From NCBI GenBank assembly GCA_035084275.1, contig CM068743.1, positions 92,690,001 to 92,754,000 on the forward strand: DNA of 64,000 bases, in the 5' to 3' direction. Both the position numbers and the translations under genes were made by a program. The notes under the pieces were generated by a model. It saw only the letters and a list, made by a program, of their open reading frames with translations. It was not told the origin of the DNA and did not search any database. Positions 1 to 11,654 of the stretch are shown here, one piece after another (positions within the stretch are counted from its first letter, which is position 1; each line of letters opens with the position of its first letter). The stretch is from Hydrolagus colliei. Taxonomy: Eukaryota.

Positions 1-13
1 GACAGTTTTATGG

Positions 14-1050
14 TCAGATGTCAGCAATGAGCATGAACTGGCTTCCCAGCTTCATGTCGTCAAATGGAAGCAACGACAGAATGTCCACATTGCCGGCTGC
101 CAGGTCCTGGTGGGGGGATGGAGTGTTTCCTCCTTCATGTTGGGCAGGAAGGTGTCAGCTCCTGCCTGAAAATGCCGGTGACCTGCCTACCCACTTCCAG
201 GTGCAGGGCAGTGCATCATGCCATCCACGTCCTTGTTGTGTTTCAGCAACAGAGACACCAGAGCTGCCTTGTACAGCTCCACTGTTAGGGCAGTGCTGTC
301 TCCCCACTCATACGATCCTGTCCATCAACTTCTGTTCCATTCTAGAGGAGATGTTCCATTATCTCCTGGTTTCTGCCCAGAATTGTAACATGTAGACATG
401 TCACATCTTGCCAGTTGTGTTGCTCCAGTTCCTGGTGCCAAGACAGAAGTTCTGGAGGTCATGTCTTTCCTGCACTGTGGGCTGCTGTGTCGGGGCCTGG
501 ACACACTGGACCAGCCCATATCACAGGCCAGATGGAGTGCGGTTGTTGCCGTGCAGATCTCCAGCACCTCCACAGAGAAGACGCTGATGAAGTGCACGGC
601 ACATGCTTTTCTGCCTTGTGAATTGCTGCCAGGTGCACAATGGTGCCCCTATCCTCCCCCAGGAAAGTGTAGGGATCCAGGGAAGAGTCTACAACTGTCT
701 TGACCCTGGATTCAGTGGCTCCTTTATTGTCCTCCTCCTGTCTGATCCAACAGGACTTGCCCAGGGTTACAGACAGCGAGTCTATGATGGGCGAGGTGCC
801 ATACCAGGAGCCGAGGCAGTCAGAGAGATATGAGGAGCAATAACTGAAGTTCAACTGATCCTCCTCCACTTCCTCTATCTCCACTTTGTTCAATGGCTCC
901 TGGGGCTCTCTGAGTGATTCAACCAAACCCGAATCACACCAAGATTTATCCACATCAAACCTTCCACCGGGATCTGCTTTACCGCGTGTTCCATTGTATT
1001 TCAGATTAATATCGTGTGAATTAGCCGCTTCCTCTTGATGGCGGAACAAT
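14..1050 (-). pseudogene. NFKBIE: Processed (intronless) pseudogene of NF-kB inhibitor epsilon (IkB-epsilon)
   Basis: Minus-strand translation across frameshifts gives WCDSGLVESLR (degron, 915-935), SWYGTS, TFLGEDRGTIVHLAAIH, EVLEI, HGN-TALHLAC, QHNWQDVTCLHVTILGRNQEIMEHLL*NG, QAGADTFLPN and LSLLPFDDMKLGSQFMLIADI* (stop 14-16). These are collinear with IkB-epsilon motifs (DSGIESLR, EDGDTLVHLAVIH, QNWQGLACLHIA, LLPFDDLK). Premature TAG at 342-344, several frameshifts, no introns. Confidence 0.88.
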
Positions 1051-1337
1051 GTTGCAAAGCTGACTTTGTTTACTCCTCCACCACCTCCCACACCCCACTC
1101 ACCCCTACACATCAGTGAATGAGCTGCTTGTGAATTTTAGGTAAATTTCAATGCAGGTCAAGATCTTCTTGTTGCAACGGATGATTCCCAACTCTCTCCT
1201 TTTGGTTATCCAAGTTCCAATATTTTTCTCCCTTTTTGCAAAACCCTGAGTCTCTGTGTGTTGTGTTTGTGTTGTGTGTGTGAGTTGCTCTCTCTGCGGC
1301 CCTACGTTGCTGCAATTGCACAGGACTCTGCCTGACT

Positions 1338-1348
1338 GGGGATTTCCC
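1338..1348. promoter_or_regulatory. NF-kB (kB) binding motif GGGGATTTCCC
   Basis: Exact match to GGGRNNYYCC about 290 bp 5' of the NFKBIE-derived CDS; function unproven. Confidence 0.5.
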
Positions 1349-1589
1349 TCAGGTTTCCTTTCGAACAAAATATAGTAAAAGCCCATTTATCCAGTACCCT
1401 TGGGACCTGGCCAATGCTGGTTAAAGCATATGCCAGATATTCAGCCCCAAACACCAAAAAAAAATAATAAAAAAAAGTAATACATTGTGCCAGATAAATT
1501 CTGGTTAATTCAATGCGGACCTTTTTTTGAGGTGCTGATGATATGGAAGTTACGGTTGATTGGGTCACGGATAAATGGGCTTTTATTGT

Positions 1590-1840
1590 AGTGCCATTCA
1601 TGTCAGGAGGTTGTCTCAATGCACTTCAGAGGATTCATTGCGAGTTGCAGTGACTGCGTATTCTTTAGATGAAACACGGTAGCTAATTTGTGTGCAGCAA
1701 AATCCCGCAAACAGCCATGAAGTGATTGATTAGTTTATTGACTAGGACCCTGGAAGAAAGTCCCCTTGTCTTTTTCAATGGTGCATGCTTGAATGTCCAC
1801 TTCAACAGGCAGACAGGACGTGGGTTTAACGTCTCATTAC
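1590..1840 (-). mobile_element. Old DeuSINE (SacSINE-like) fragment
   Basis: Reverse complement contains ATGAGACGTTAAACC...TGGCTGTTTGCGGGATTTTGCTGCACACAAATTAGC, resembling the Deu domain. Confidence 0.65.
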
Positions 1841-2084
1841 CTGGGTCTAAGTATAGTGTGCCAATGGGAGGAGCTATCTTTACAGCTACTGCCACAAATG
1901 AATTGAGTTTGGTCAATCTTCGTCCAGGCGTTGCTTTCCAAATGAACTTGAATGTCTAGTTCTATCATTCTCAGGCTGTTCTTTACATAAAACATGTCAT
2001 TTTGCATTTACTCAGTAATTACTGCATTATATGCTTTGGTTATTATTGTTAACTATTGGCATTTAAAGCTGAGCTATATTCAGA

Positions 2085-3170
2085 TCAGGGAGGGTGGAGG
2101 GCAGAGAGGGTAGGAGGGTGGCTGAAAGCACGGTCGAAAATGAGAGTCTTGAGGCATGCCTTAAAGGAGGCAAGCGAAGGAAGGAGGTGAATGGAATGTG
2201 GGATGTGTTCTAGGGTTCTAGAGGTTGGAGGCAGAGATGGAAGGCCCGACTGACCAATGGTGGGGCAGGCCAGGAGGGGGGAAGAAATGGAACAGGTTGG
2301 AGCCTGCTGAGTGGAGGGAAGGGATAGGTTGATACGGGGTTAGCAGGTTGGAGGTAGGAGGGCGCAAGGTCATGGAGAGCCTTGAAGGTAAGAATGAGAA
2401 TTTTGAACTCGATCCTCTGAGAGATGGGAGCCAGTGCAGCTGGCCGAGGGTGGGTGGAATGGGGTCAAAGAGCTTGATGTGGGAGAGGACACGAGCTGCA
2501 CAGTTAATAATAATAATAATCCTTGCATTTGATATAAGCTATATAGGACTTCTAGACGTCTCAAGGCACTTCACACAATATACTGTACTGTAAAGTGAAT
2601 TGACTAGATATTTTGTGGACAAAACACGACAGCCAGTTGCGCACAACAGTGTCCCACAAATAGTCGTGGATTGACCAATTTTTTTTTGAGGGATTATTAT
2701 CAGGTGTGGAGTAAGGAAACTTGCCCATGGCTGTGCCCTTCCTGGAATCGAACCCAGGTTTCTTGTTTGCAAGGTGGGTGCTCTAACCACTGAGCTACAG
2801 GACTCCACAATTTCCCTCCCCAGCTACAGGAGTTCTGGATGATCTGCAGTTTATGCAGGGAAGAGTTGGGAAGGCCGACAAGCAGGGCATTGGTAAAGTC
2901 GAGTCTGGTTTCAATAAAGGCATATATGAGGGTTTCATCGGCCAGTGGCGGTGTCGGGCATTGTTGCAGTGGTTGGTGAAAACAGAGCTGGTCATGGCAC
3001 CATTGTGGGAGCGAAAGGACAGTTGAGGTCGGACAAGATGCCCAGGTTCCTGACTGGCTTGGTGAGTTGGAGTGTAACTTTGTGGATGCTGATGTTGCCA
3101 GTGTTTGAGGTGCAGAGGTGTTGGTGTGAGCCAATCAGGAAAGCCTTGGTCTGGCTAACTAGACAGTTAC
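2085..3170 (-). mobile_element. L2-clade LINE 3' portion, interrupted by a SINE
   Basis: Minus ORFs give ETLIYAFIETRLDFTNALLVGLPNSSLHKLQIIQN and VRNLGILSD, typical of the L2 ORF2 C-terminal region. Confidence 0.8.
2505..2806 (-). mobile_element. Young tRNA-derived SINE (short form)
   Basis: Head GGAGTCCTGTAGCTCAGTGGTTAGAGC (A box), GGTTCGATTCC (B box), Deu-like GTGGGACACTGTTGTGCGCAACTGGCTG, tail ATCAAATGCAAGGA(TTA)n. Confidence 0.9.
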
Positions 3171-3417
3171 TGTGAAGTGTATTTGGTGGGCTGGTGCGGC
3201 AGGCAAATTTATGGCATGCCCCACAAATAGCCATATGAGTGACTAGTTTTTTAAACATTTAATGGGATTGTTGGTCTGGACAGTAGGATAAACTACCTGC
3301 TTTTTTTTTGGAATAGTGCCAAGTCATCGGTTTAATGTCTCATCTGAAAGATAGCACATCAGACAATGCAGCTCAGCTTCAGCACTGCTTTGGAGCATCA
3401 GCCTATGGGTCCCAAGG

Positions 3418-3674
3418 AGAGTCCAGTAGCTCAGTGGTTAGATCAATTGCAAGCGAGAGACCTGGGTTTGATTCCTGGCAGGACGAAACCTTGAGCAAGT
3501 TTCCTTACTCCTTACACCTGAAAATAATCCCTCAAGATAATAAAGCCGCAATTGGCTGCCACGTTTTGCCTATAAATATACAGTTAATTCACTTTACAGA
3601 GTATTCTGTGAAGCGCCTTGAGACATCTACAAGACGTGAAAAGTGCTGTATCAAATGCAAAGATTATTATTATT
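3418..3674 (+). mobile_element. Young tRNA-derived SINE nested in a minus-strand DeuSINE (~3170-3755)
   Basis: Same head, A/B boxes and (TTA)n tail as 2505-2806; the host DeuSINE sequence resumes after 3675. Confidence 0.85.
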
Positions 3675-3859
3675 GTAATGTCTGAATGTGGATCTTGAAC
3701 TTGCAACCTTCTGACTCAGAGGCAAGAATACTACCAGCAAAGATGGGCTGACACACAATGTCCTGGATAAGATCAGCTAACTCAGAAATGATTGGAACTC
3801 AAGCCTGTAACCTGAATAGGGCTTAGTGTTGCACATGCAGTGCCTTTTCCCACTAGAAG

Positions 3860-4428
3860 GCTTGACTACGGAAACTCTCTCCTCATCGGCGTTCCCAGCT
3901 CTTCCCTTCACAAGCTGCAGATCATCCAAAACTTTGCAGCTCCTGTCCTCTCCCACAGCATGTTCCGTGACCCCATCACCCTCGCCCGGCTCCGTTGACT
4001 CCCCGTCCCCCAGAAGATCGGATTCTAGATCCTTGTCCTCCCCTTCAAGGCCATCCATGGCCTTGCCCCTTCCTTCCTCTCTGACCTCCTAACTCCCCAC
4101 CAACCTGCCTGCCCACTTTGTTCAGCGAGCTCCGGTCTGCTCCATGTCTCCTGCCCAACCTGCCTACCATTAGTGGCCAGGCTTTCAGCCTCTCTGCCCC
4201 CTCACTCTGGAACTCCATCTCAAGGTTCCTTTGCCTTGCTTCTTCCCTTGCCTCCTTCAAGGCCAGTCTCAAGACCCTCCTTTTTGTTTGTGCCTTCTGC
4301 CGCCCTCCAACTTCTCTCCCTCCCCTCCTGCCCCACCCCCATGCTCCAGTCCCTACCCCTGACTGTTCAGCGCCTTAGGACGTCCTCTCGACTTGAAAGA
4401 CCCTCTATCAATGTAATTTTGTTGTTGT
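3860..4428 (+). mobile_element. L2 LINE 3' end
   Basis: AFSLSAPSLWNSI...ASFKASLKTLLF, then terminus CAGCGCCTTAGGACGTCCTC...AATGTAATTTTGTTGTTG. Confidence 0.85.
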
Positions 4429-4511
4429 AACAATAATATAGGGAAAAATACAATTGTAGTATTTTAATTCAAATATTCAGGCTCGTTTAACTGTTTTTTT
4501 TTACCTTGCAG

Positions 4512-5353
4512 GATATGGCCATGCAGCTCCAGGAACTGATCCGGGCAAAGCCTTTTGCATGTTTTATGCTGTCCTGGGAATACCACTGACTCTAGTTATG
4601 TTCCAGAGCCTCGGAGAACGAATGAACACGTTTGTTAAATATCTTTTAAAACGAATAAAGAAGTGCTTTGGCATGAAAAGCACTGATGTGTCCATGGAGA
4701 ATATGGTGACCGTTGGTTTCTTCTCGTGCATGGGAACCCTGTGCATTGGAGCTGCAGCCTTCGCTCACTATGAAGACTGGAGCTTTTTTCACGCGTATTA
4801 CTACTGTTTCATCACATTGACTACAATAGGGTTTGGGGACTATGTGGCACTCCAGAAAAACAGAGCCCTCCAGAGAAGGCCACTTTATGTGGCTTTTAGC
4901 TTTATGTACATTTTAGTGGGTTTAACAGTAATTGGAGCTTTCCTGAACCTGGTGGTTCTAAGGTTTTTGACGATGAATAGTGAAGATGAAAGACGGGATG
5001 CTGAGGAGCGAGCATCTTTGGCAGGAAACAGAAACAGCATGATTATCCACATCCAGGAAGATCCCCAACAGGGCAGACAGCGGTACAAAACTGAAGTGAC
5101 GGATCTCCAGTCTGTCTGCTCCTGCATGTGCTACAGATCGCACGAGTACACCAACAGGGTGGTATCTCACCAGAATTCATTCAGTTCCCATCTGAATCCC
5201 CAGTACTTTCATTCTGTATCTTACAAGATTGAGGAGATTTCACCAAGCACATTAAAAAACAGTCTGTTTCCATCTCCTGTGAGCTCTGTGTCGCCAGGTT
5301 TGCACAGCTTTAATGACAACCACAGGCTCATGAGAAGGAGAAAGTCGATTTGA
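4512..5353 (+). CDS. KCNK9: Potassium channel subfamily K member 9 (TASK-3), last coding exon; first exon lies outside the window
   Basis: Polypyrimidine tract and acceptor ttttttttaccttgcag| at 4511, phase-1 junction giving (G)[38 protein letters not shown]; second pore TLTTIGFGD; TASK-3-specific tail [19 protein letters not shown]...[10 protein letters not shown]. Open frame with no disruptions. Confidence 0.96.
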
Positions 5354-6695
5354 AACGTTTATTTTGGTTCGTTTTTGAGTGTGACGGAGAAAAAAAAGAA
5401 AAAAAGAAGCCTTTCTCTGGGACTCAGAAACCAAGCATGAAGCATGGTTAATAAGCTCCACAGCACCAACAATATGCCTTACATATGGCTGTTGGATTCA
5501 AGGGTTAAGCATTGAGTTGGCATCCATCGAAAACCACACAAGCGGACTCATTAGACTGGCATTAATCTGCTTCACCTGGAAGTAAGAATAAACTGTTAGA
5601 TTAAGACTTGTTATTGATATAGTGGGATGTGTGGAAAACTAATGCATCAGGTATACATTTTGTAAACAGTTTAAACACTGAGATGCAGACTGATGAAAAG
5701 AACAGAAAATCCAAACCCTGTTGCCAAACAGCATGCGCATTGACACAAGAAGCAGTCAGTACACCGGGTGTGCCATTGTATTTTCAACAGCTGGATCTTT
5801 ACTACTGGATAGGAAAGTGCAGAAGGATCATTTTAGCTTGCCAGTTAAACGCATGCAATTTGTAAAACTGGTATGCATTATAACTTACCTGAAAACACAA
5901 AACTTAACTAGCAATGAAATGAATAAAGCAATTAGTATTTATTGATTTATTACGAGTATTACATACATCTTTATATTATACTTTTGTGATCGTTCCAGCC
6001 ATTTGTCCTTTCTCTTCATTCAAGGGAAATGCAAGTGACTGGAATTGGATTTCTCTGATAATTTTAGTGCAGTTGTTAGCTGCATGAACTGGAATTATTT
6101 TTTGAATGCCTGGATAAAGACAGTGAGACTGTATATTTTACAGGACTAACAAATAGCCGGATTACCTTTGCCAGAAAGGTTGAAGTGATTTCAGCTGTTA
6201 TATTCCAAATCTGACCTTTTGCTGTTCTATGAAACAGTACAAATGATAGAAAGCTGTAACAAAATGTTTACAACTCCAAGTAGACTTCACTCATGTACAA
6301 ACTTGTAATTATTTCGGTTGCTTCTTTTTTTGTAATGAATGCACTATTATGTATATATTTTACATTGTCTTTACAAACAATTACTGTAGTGTTGTAAAAT
6401 AATGCACTTTTCTAAGTTTTTCATTAAAATATGGCACGTTTTAAAATGTAGATTGTTGCTTTTATACGAATGTACAAGGTTAAATACGTTCCTGTAAACT
6501 TGCCACCACAGAAGCTGCCTTCAGTGGTTATATTTGTACAAAAAGAAACAGGAATCTATAGAGATTTATCAATTATATATATTCAATTCTGAATGAAATG
6601 TACAGAGAAGATTTAACTGATGAATTTAAGTATAAAAGAGATGTTATAAATGACAACTATTTTGCATGCAATAAAAAGTACCTTTTCTTGACAAC
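5354..6695 (+). other. KCNK9: Putative KCNK9 3'UTR with alternative polyadenylation signals
   Basis: Repeat-free AU-rich sequence; AATAAA at 5587-5592, 5922-5927 and 6670-6675, the last followed by U/GU-rich sequence; many TGTA motifs. Confidence 0.6.
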
Positions 6696-8879
6696 AGTGT
6701 TATGTGCAGACTACATCCACAGCTTTCCCCTAGTGGATCAAGGGTTGCTAACGATGGTTGGGTGAATGTGAAAACATTCAAGATCCCTCAATGATACATA
6801 ATAGTAAAACAGATAAAACAAATAACAGATAAAACAGATAAGCCAGTTTGAAAGTTTTGCCTAACATAACACACAGAGCTGTCATCTCAGCACCTGTCTT
6901 GTGAACTGATCATGCAAATACCATTTGGCAGCTCTAAAAATTGTTTTTTTTCATCTCAGAAAAATGTTGGGCCTTGGCACAATAGGAGTATGCTGTTAAA
7001 GGGTTGAAAATCAGCCTTGGTAATACAGTATCTTGGCCTCTTTTCCTAGGTTGACTGATTTAACAACACTGGAGAGCAATGTGGAAAGAGCTAATTTAGC
7101 CCAACTTGGGTCTGGCAGCTGAAAAAAGTTGGATGTAGGCCACACTGTACAGGTTTATTGCACTGTATCACAATTGAAGTGCAGAAACAGTCATAAACAT
7201 GCCAAAGATTGCAATTCATGGAAACAACTTGTGCATATTGAATGGTACCTCTCAATTTAACCATGGGACGTCCTCCCGACGTGAAAGACGCTCTATAAAT
7301 GTAATTTTGTTGCTGTTCTTAACCAACCACTGTTGGAACAAGTGTGATTTGCAGGACATTGTTTCCAAAATAAGTGACACTGCCAGTGAGGGTCTAATCT
7401 GTGATATTCTCTAACAAGATTCAAACACAAGTTATGATTTTTATTTGTGAATATTGGGAGCTGTTTAATTTGCGATGCATAAAGCCGAACATGCGATGAA
7501 GAACATTTGAGAGCAAAACACTGTAGTTTTCCCACCATTACTAAAAACAAAAGAATTTTGGAGTCTTATACAGTGAGAATGACACAGAATGTAGATAGAA
7601 GATAGGCTCTGATTGTGAGATCTCCATAGAATGTACAACAACCACAAAAACAATTTAACATTTATATAGCGTATTTCACATTGCAGATGGTATCTCAAAG
7701 TGCTTTGCAGGGCTGGCTCAGAGCCAAATTGGTGTAGAGGGAAAGCTGACCAATATAAAAGTTTTAAGGTGGGTTTTTACAAGTGGGGAGGAAGGGAGGG
7801 GTTGAGTCAGAGGCTGAAGGAGTTTCAGAGAGCAGGGGCAGAATTGTTGAAAGCTTTGCCACTGATGGTGGGGTGTGTTGGGAGAAGGATGTGAAGCTGG
7901 TCAGTGTTTGCAGAGCCAAGGGATTAGCTGGGGGAGTTGGGCTGCAGAATATAGGGTACTTAAGCAAGAGGACTATTCTTCAAATACAATATAAGAGTAA
8001 TTTGCAGGAATATGGAGAAAACGCAAGTAAATACGACTGAATGGATTGTTCGTTCAAGGAGCCACAGATATAATGGACAGAATGGCTGCCTTGTGTGCTG
8101 TAAATGTCAATGGTTTGATGCAATACAATACTAATTTACATTTATATAGCTCCTTTTACATTATTTGCAGCAAGCTGGATTTGGGAAGTGAGGGAAGGCA
8201 GGAGACAGGTTATGGATAATAGATTTCTTAAAAAGGGAGGAGGTACCAAACATGAACATCGATGTCTATGGTTTAGAATTTAAACTATCCACAATAGATA
8301 AAAAGTGGATTTAGGTTTCCATAGTTTATTTTGCATCTGCCTAGCTCTGTGTGTTTCTGAAATATATAAAAACAAACTATACATATTCTTAGTAAATTGA
8401 ACAAATACCGAAGATATACTACTTGTTTTGGGGAATTGAACATGGGAGGTAAGTAGCTTCACTGGGTAGTGAGATTCACAACAACATTTTAACAGCAATT
8501 TTTTTTCTCTGAATACAGCATGCTGGCAGTGTATACCATACTAAGAAATAGCCTTTATAAATCATTATTGGGTTCAGTCAGCCTAAATATATAACTTAAA
8601 AGCTTGGAAATCTAGTACATGAATTATAAGTTCAGGCAACCTATATAACTGTCTTATTGCCTTGGAGAACCTTAAATGTTAGATAGTCTACTTAAAAGCT
8701 GTAGGTTCAGAAAACATGCAATATACGTGACTTATAAAAGACAATGGAAATGACATATAATCAAGAAACCTATACATGTTTTATTCCTAATCCCACTTAT
8801 TGTTAAAAAATATCCTAGTGTGAAAATCAATTTTCATTTGCTTATACACTTCATTATATAATAAGATGAGCAATGAAAA

Positions 8880-9225
8880 AATGAACTTACATTTATATTC
8901 TGCCTTATCTCATAAAAATTGTTTTACAGTGCTTCACAGGAGATTGTCATCATCTTGCAATAACTATTTTGCAGGCAACTGCAGCAAACTATGATCAATT
9001 AATCAGAGAATTGTTGTCCAAAACATCAGACATAACTCCCTCCTCTTTTTGAATAATTTCACAGGATTTTCTTAAGATCCACCTAGGACCTTGGTTTAAC
9101 ATTTCATCCAGGCGACAGCATTCTCTTGGTGCTGTCTTATTAGAATCAGCTGAAACAAAGGTTGGAGTGAGACTTGATCCCAATCCCTACAGACTGACAG
9201 GTAAGAGTGCTACCAACTAAGCCAC
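8880..9225 (-). mobile_element. Old DeuSINE
   Basis: Degenerate head (GGCTTAGTTGGTAGCACTCTT on minus) and central ATGAAATGTTAAACCAAGGTCC. Confidence 0.6.
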
Positions 9226-9799
9226 ATTTACAGAGCAACTCAACCCACCCCATTGACATGCTATTATGAAATATATTTTTAAACACTAAAAAGCAGCATG
9301 AATGTGAATGGATTTAGCACAGAAAACTTTGATTTTCATCTCACACATGAGTGCCCTAATAGTACTATGGTTCCATGTTTCCTCTCCAATAGATGCCAAA
9401 GAAGTAATTTCTGAAACTAATCTATATAACAATTAAAGTACTCTTTATTAAAACCAATAGAATTAAGTGAACCAAAAGTAATTACAGTGAGATCCTTACC
9501 TTTAGGGCCTCTTTTTAAAAATATGATTACCAAGTTACTGGTAATATCTATTTTTGTCAATTTTTAAACTAGATATTGTTCGGAAAAGCTGATGGCATTA
9601 AATCACTGGTAATTGAGGTTAAGTGGGCATCAAGTTACTGAGTCTGATTGTTTGGGAGTTGATTTAATACTAGTATATCTCAGATATTTTAAAATCATTG
9701 AGCGCTTACAACACAGAAGAAGATTGAAGTTCTACTGGTGCTTTCCATCCACTGGAGCTACCAACTCTCATCTGATTACATTTATATCAGTTATTGCAG

Positions 9800-10175
9800 G
9801 TTCCTCACATTCAAAGCCCACGTGAGGACTTTGAGCTCGTAGTGTTAGGCTGACACCCCAAAGCATGATCGGCGAAGGGCTACCAACAACTACCATTGTT
9901 GGTAGTGCCATCCTTTGCACAAGGTGTCCCTCTGCCTTGTCAGGCACACGTGAATAAAGGTCCTGCGGCACTATTCGCAAAGAGAAGGGAGTTGCTCTAG
10001 CGTCCTGGCCAACAAATGACTTTTCACTTCCACTTCATTCTCTTTTGTGGAATAATGCTGTGTGAAAATTGGCGATGGTGTCTGCAAATACAGTTACTGC
10101 TCTATACAGTAAATCCAACAAAGTGCTTTAAGGCAGTTCAACAATGTGATAAGGCAGTACTGTATACTAAATACA
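9800..10175 (+). mobile_element. Old DeuSINE
   Basis: TTCAAAGCCCAC...AGGCTGACACCCC...GTCCTGGCCAAC...GCTGTGTGAAAATTGGC. Confidence 0.6.
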
Positions 10176-10794
10176 AGATTCATTATTTCTTCCATGCTCT
10201 GATGTTGAGATTGCACTCACTGTTTAAAATCAATATTTTAATGATAGGCAGCATAGAACAAATGGATGCTAATACTATCCCCCAATTTTACTGCTGGGAG
10301 CAGAAATTCTACTTGAATCTACTGTTTTGATATTGTAGAGAGTGAAGTTTTGAACATTCCTTAAATTCAGTTTCAATTTTGAAGCTGTTTTTTTCTGCAT
10401 TGTTTTCCCCCAAGACTTAACAATTGAATCTGACTTTTAGAATTGCATTGTCTTAAAGAAAATATCAAATTGTTGATCTAGGTGGAATTGCTCCCCCTAG
10501 AAACAAAGTGATGTTGATTTGTGTGGTTGCCTTTATTTAAGATGGTCTCAACAACAGGGCTCAATGATTCTATGCTGCTTAACCCCAATCTATACCGTAT
10601 GATTCACAGTGTGAAATACACTTCTATAATAAACTATAAATATAGCATTCATTTTCTAGTTTTTTTTCAGAACAGTGGCGTTCTGGAGATGAGACGCATT
10701 GCTTAAATTGTTGAAAATCTTTAATTAATTCCTTAATGATATTGAGAGTAAAGTACTAACCATTGATTTGCTTTTTCTTTGAATTCCTTCAATG

Positions 10795-11105
10795 ACCGAT
10801 GAGACCATTGAAGAGGGGGGTCTTGAGGCGAGACTTGAAAGAGGCTAGGGAGGCGAGGCGGAGTGATTGCGGGATAGAATTCCAAAGGTTGGGGGAAGCG
10901 TGGCTGAAGGCTCATCTGCCGATGGTGGGTGGGTCGGGGGACATGGAGCAGGCCAGATCCCACTGAGTGGAGGGAGTGCACAGGTTGAGAGGGGGTTAGG
11001 AGGTCACAGAGGTAGGGTGGGGCAAGGCCATGGAGGGCTAACGGTGAGGACCAGGATCTTGAATTGAATCCTCTAGGTGATGGGGAGCTAATGGAGTCAG
11101 GTGAA
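10795..11105 (-). mobile_element. L2 LINE 3' fragment
   Basis: Homologous to the reverse complement of the 3860-4428 copy. Confidence 0.75.
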
Positions 11106-11654
11106 AATAGGGGATAGATGCAATATAAATGTAAATTGTTGTTGTGATCTTACCTGCTCTTTTCCAGCATTGTTTATGTGCTCCACTTCCCCTTAAAATC
11201 TGGCCTTTAAAAAAATTAAAATAGGTATGATCAAGGGAATTCATCCAAGGCTGCATCGTGAGAACAAGCAATTTGTCAGACACATGCATAGAATTATGAG
11301 TGGAATGAAATATGTGTGTGAGAGAGACTATAATGACACAATAATGATAGAACCAGAGAAACAGAGAAATTGGCAGCTCAGAAATTCGGCCGATTAGATT
11401 TGTGCCGGGACTTTGAGAGAACAATAATTTCAGTCCGATTTACCTGCCTTTCCCCATACCCTTGTAGTTTACTCCATGTTTTACCTCATTTTAGATATCT
11501 AACTAATTCCCTTTCAAAAGCAAATATATATTCTGCTGTCCCTAATTTCTCTCCATTTTCTTGAACTAAAAATCACCTATTGCATGCCTTACAAATCTCC
11601 TAATTAAATTAATCATTTAAATCAAGAAAATAATACCAAAATAATAAGAATCTA

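Noticed and set aside
18-833. Plus-strand ORFs of 68-125 aa
   Set aside because: Antisense shadows of the GC-rich NFKBIE-derived sequence.
14-1050. Assignment as NFKBIB because of WCDSGL
   Set aside because: ESLR after the degron, NWQ-x-x-CLH and the terminal LLPFDD without an acidic PEST tail fit NFKBIE better.
2745-2806. tRNA genes suggested by A and B boxes here and in other SINE heads
   Set aside because: No acceptor stem closes, and each head runs into a shared SINE body and tail.
4512-5353. Assignment as KCNK3 or KCNK15
   Set aside because: The C-terminal block [19 protein letters not shown] and the RRKS tail match KCNK9.
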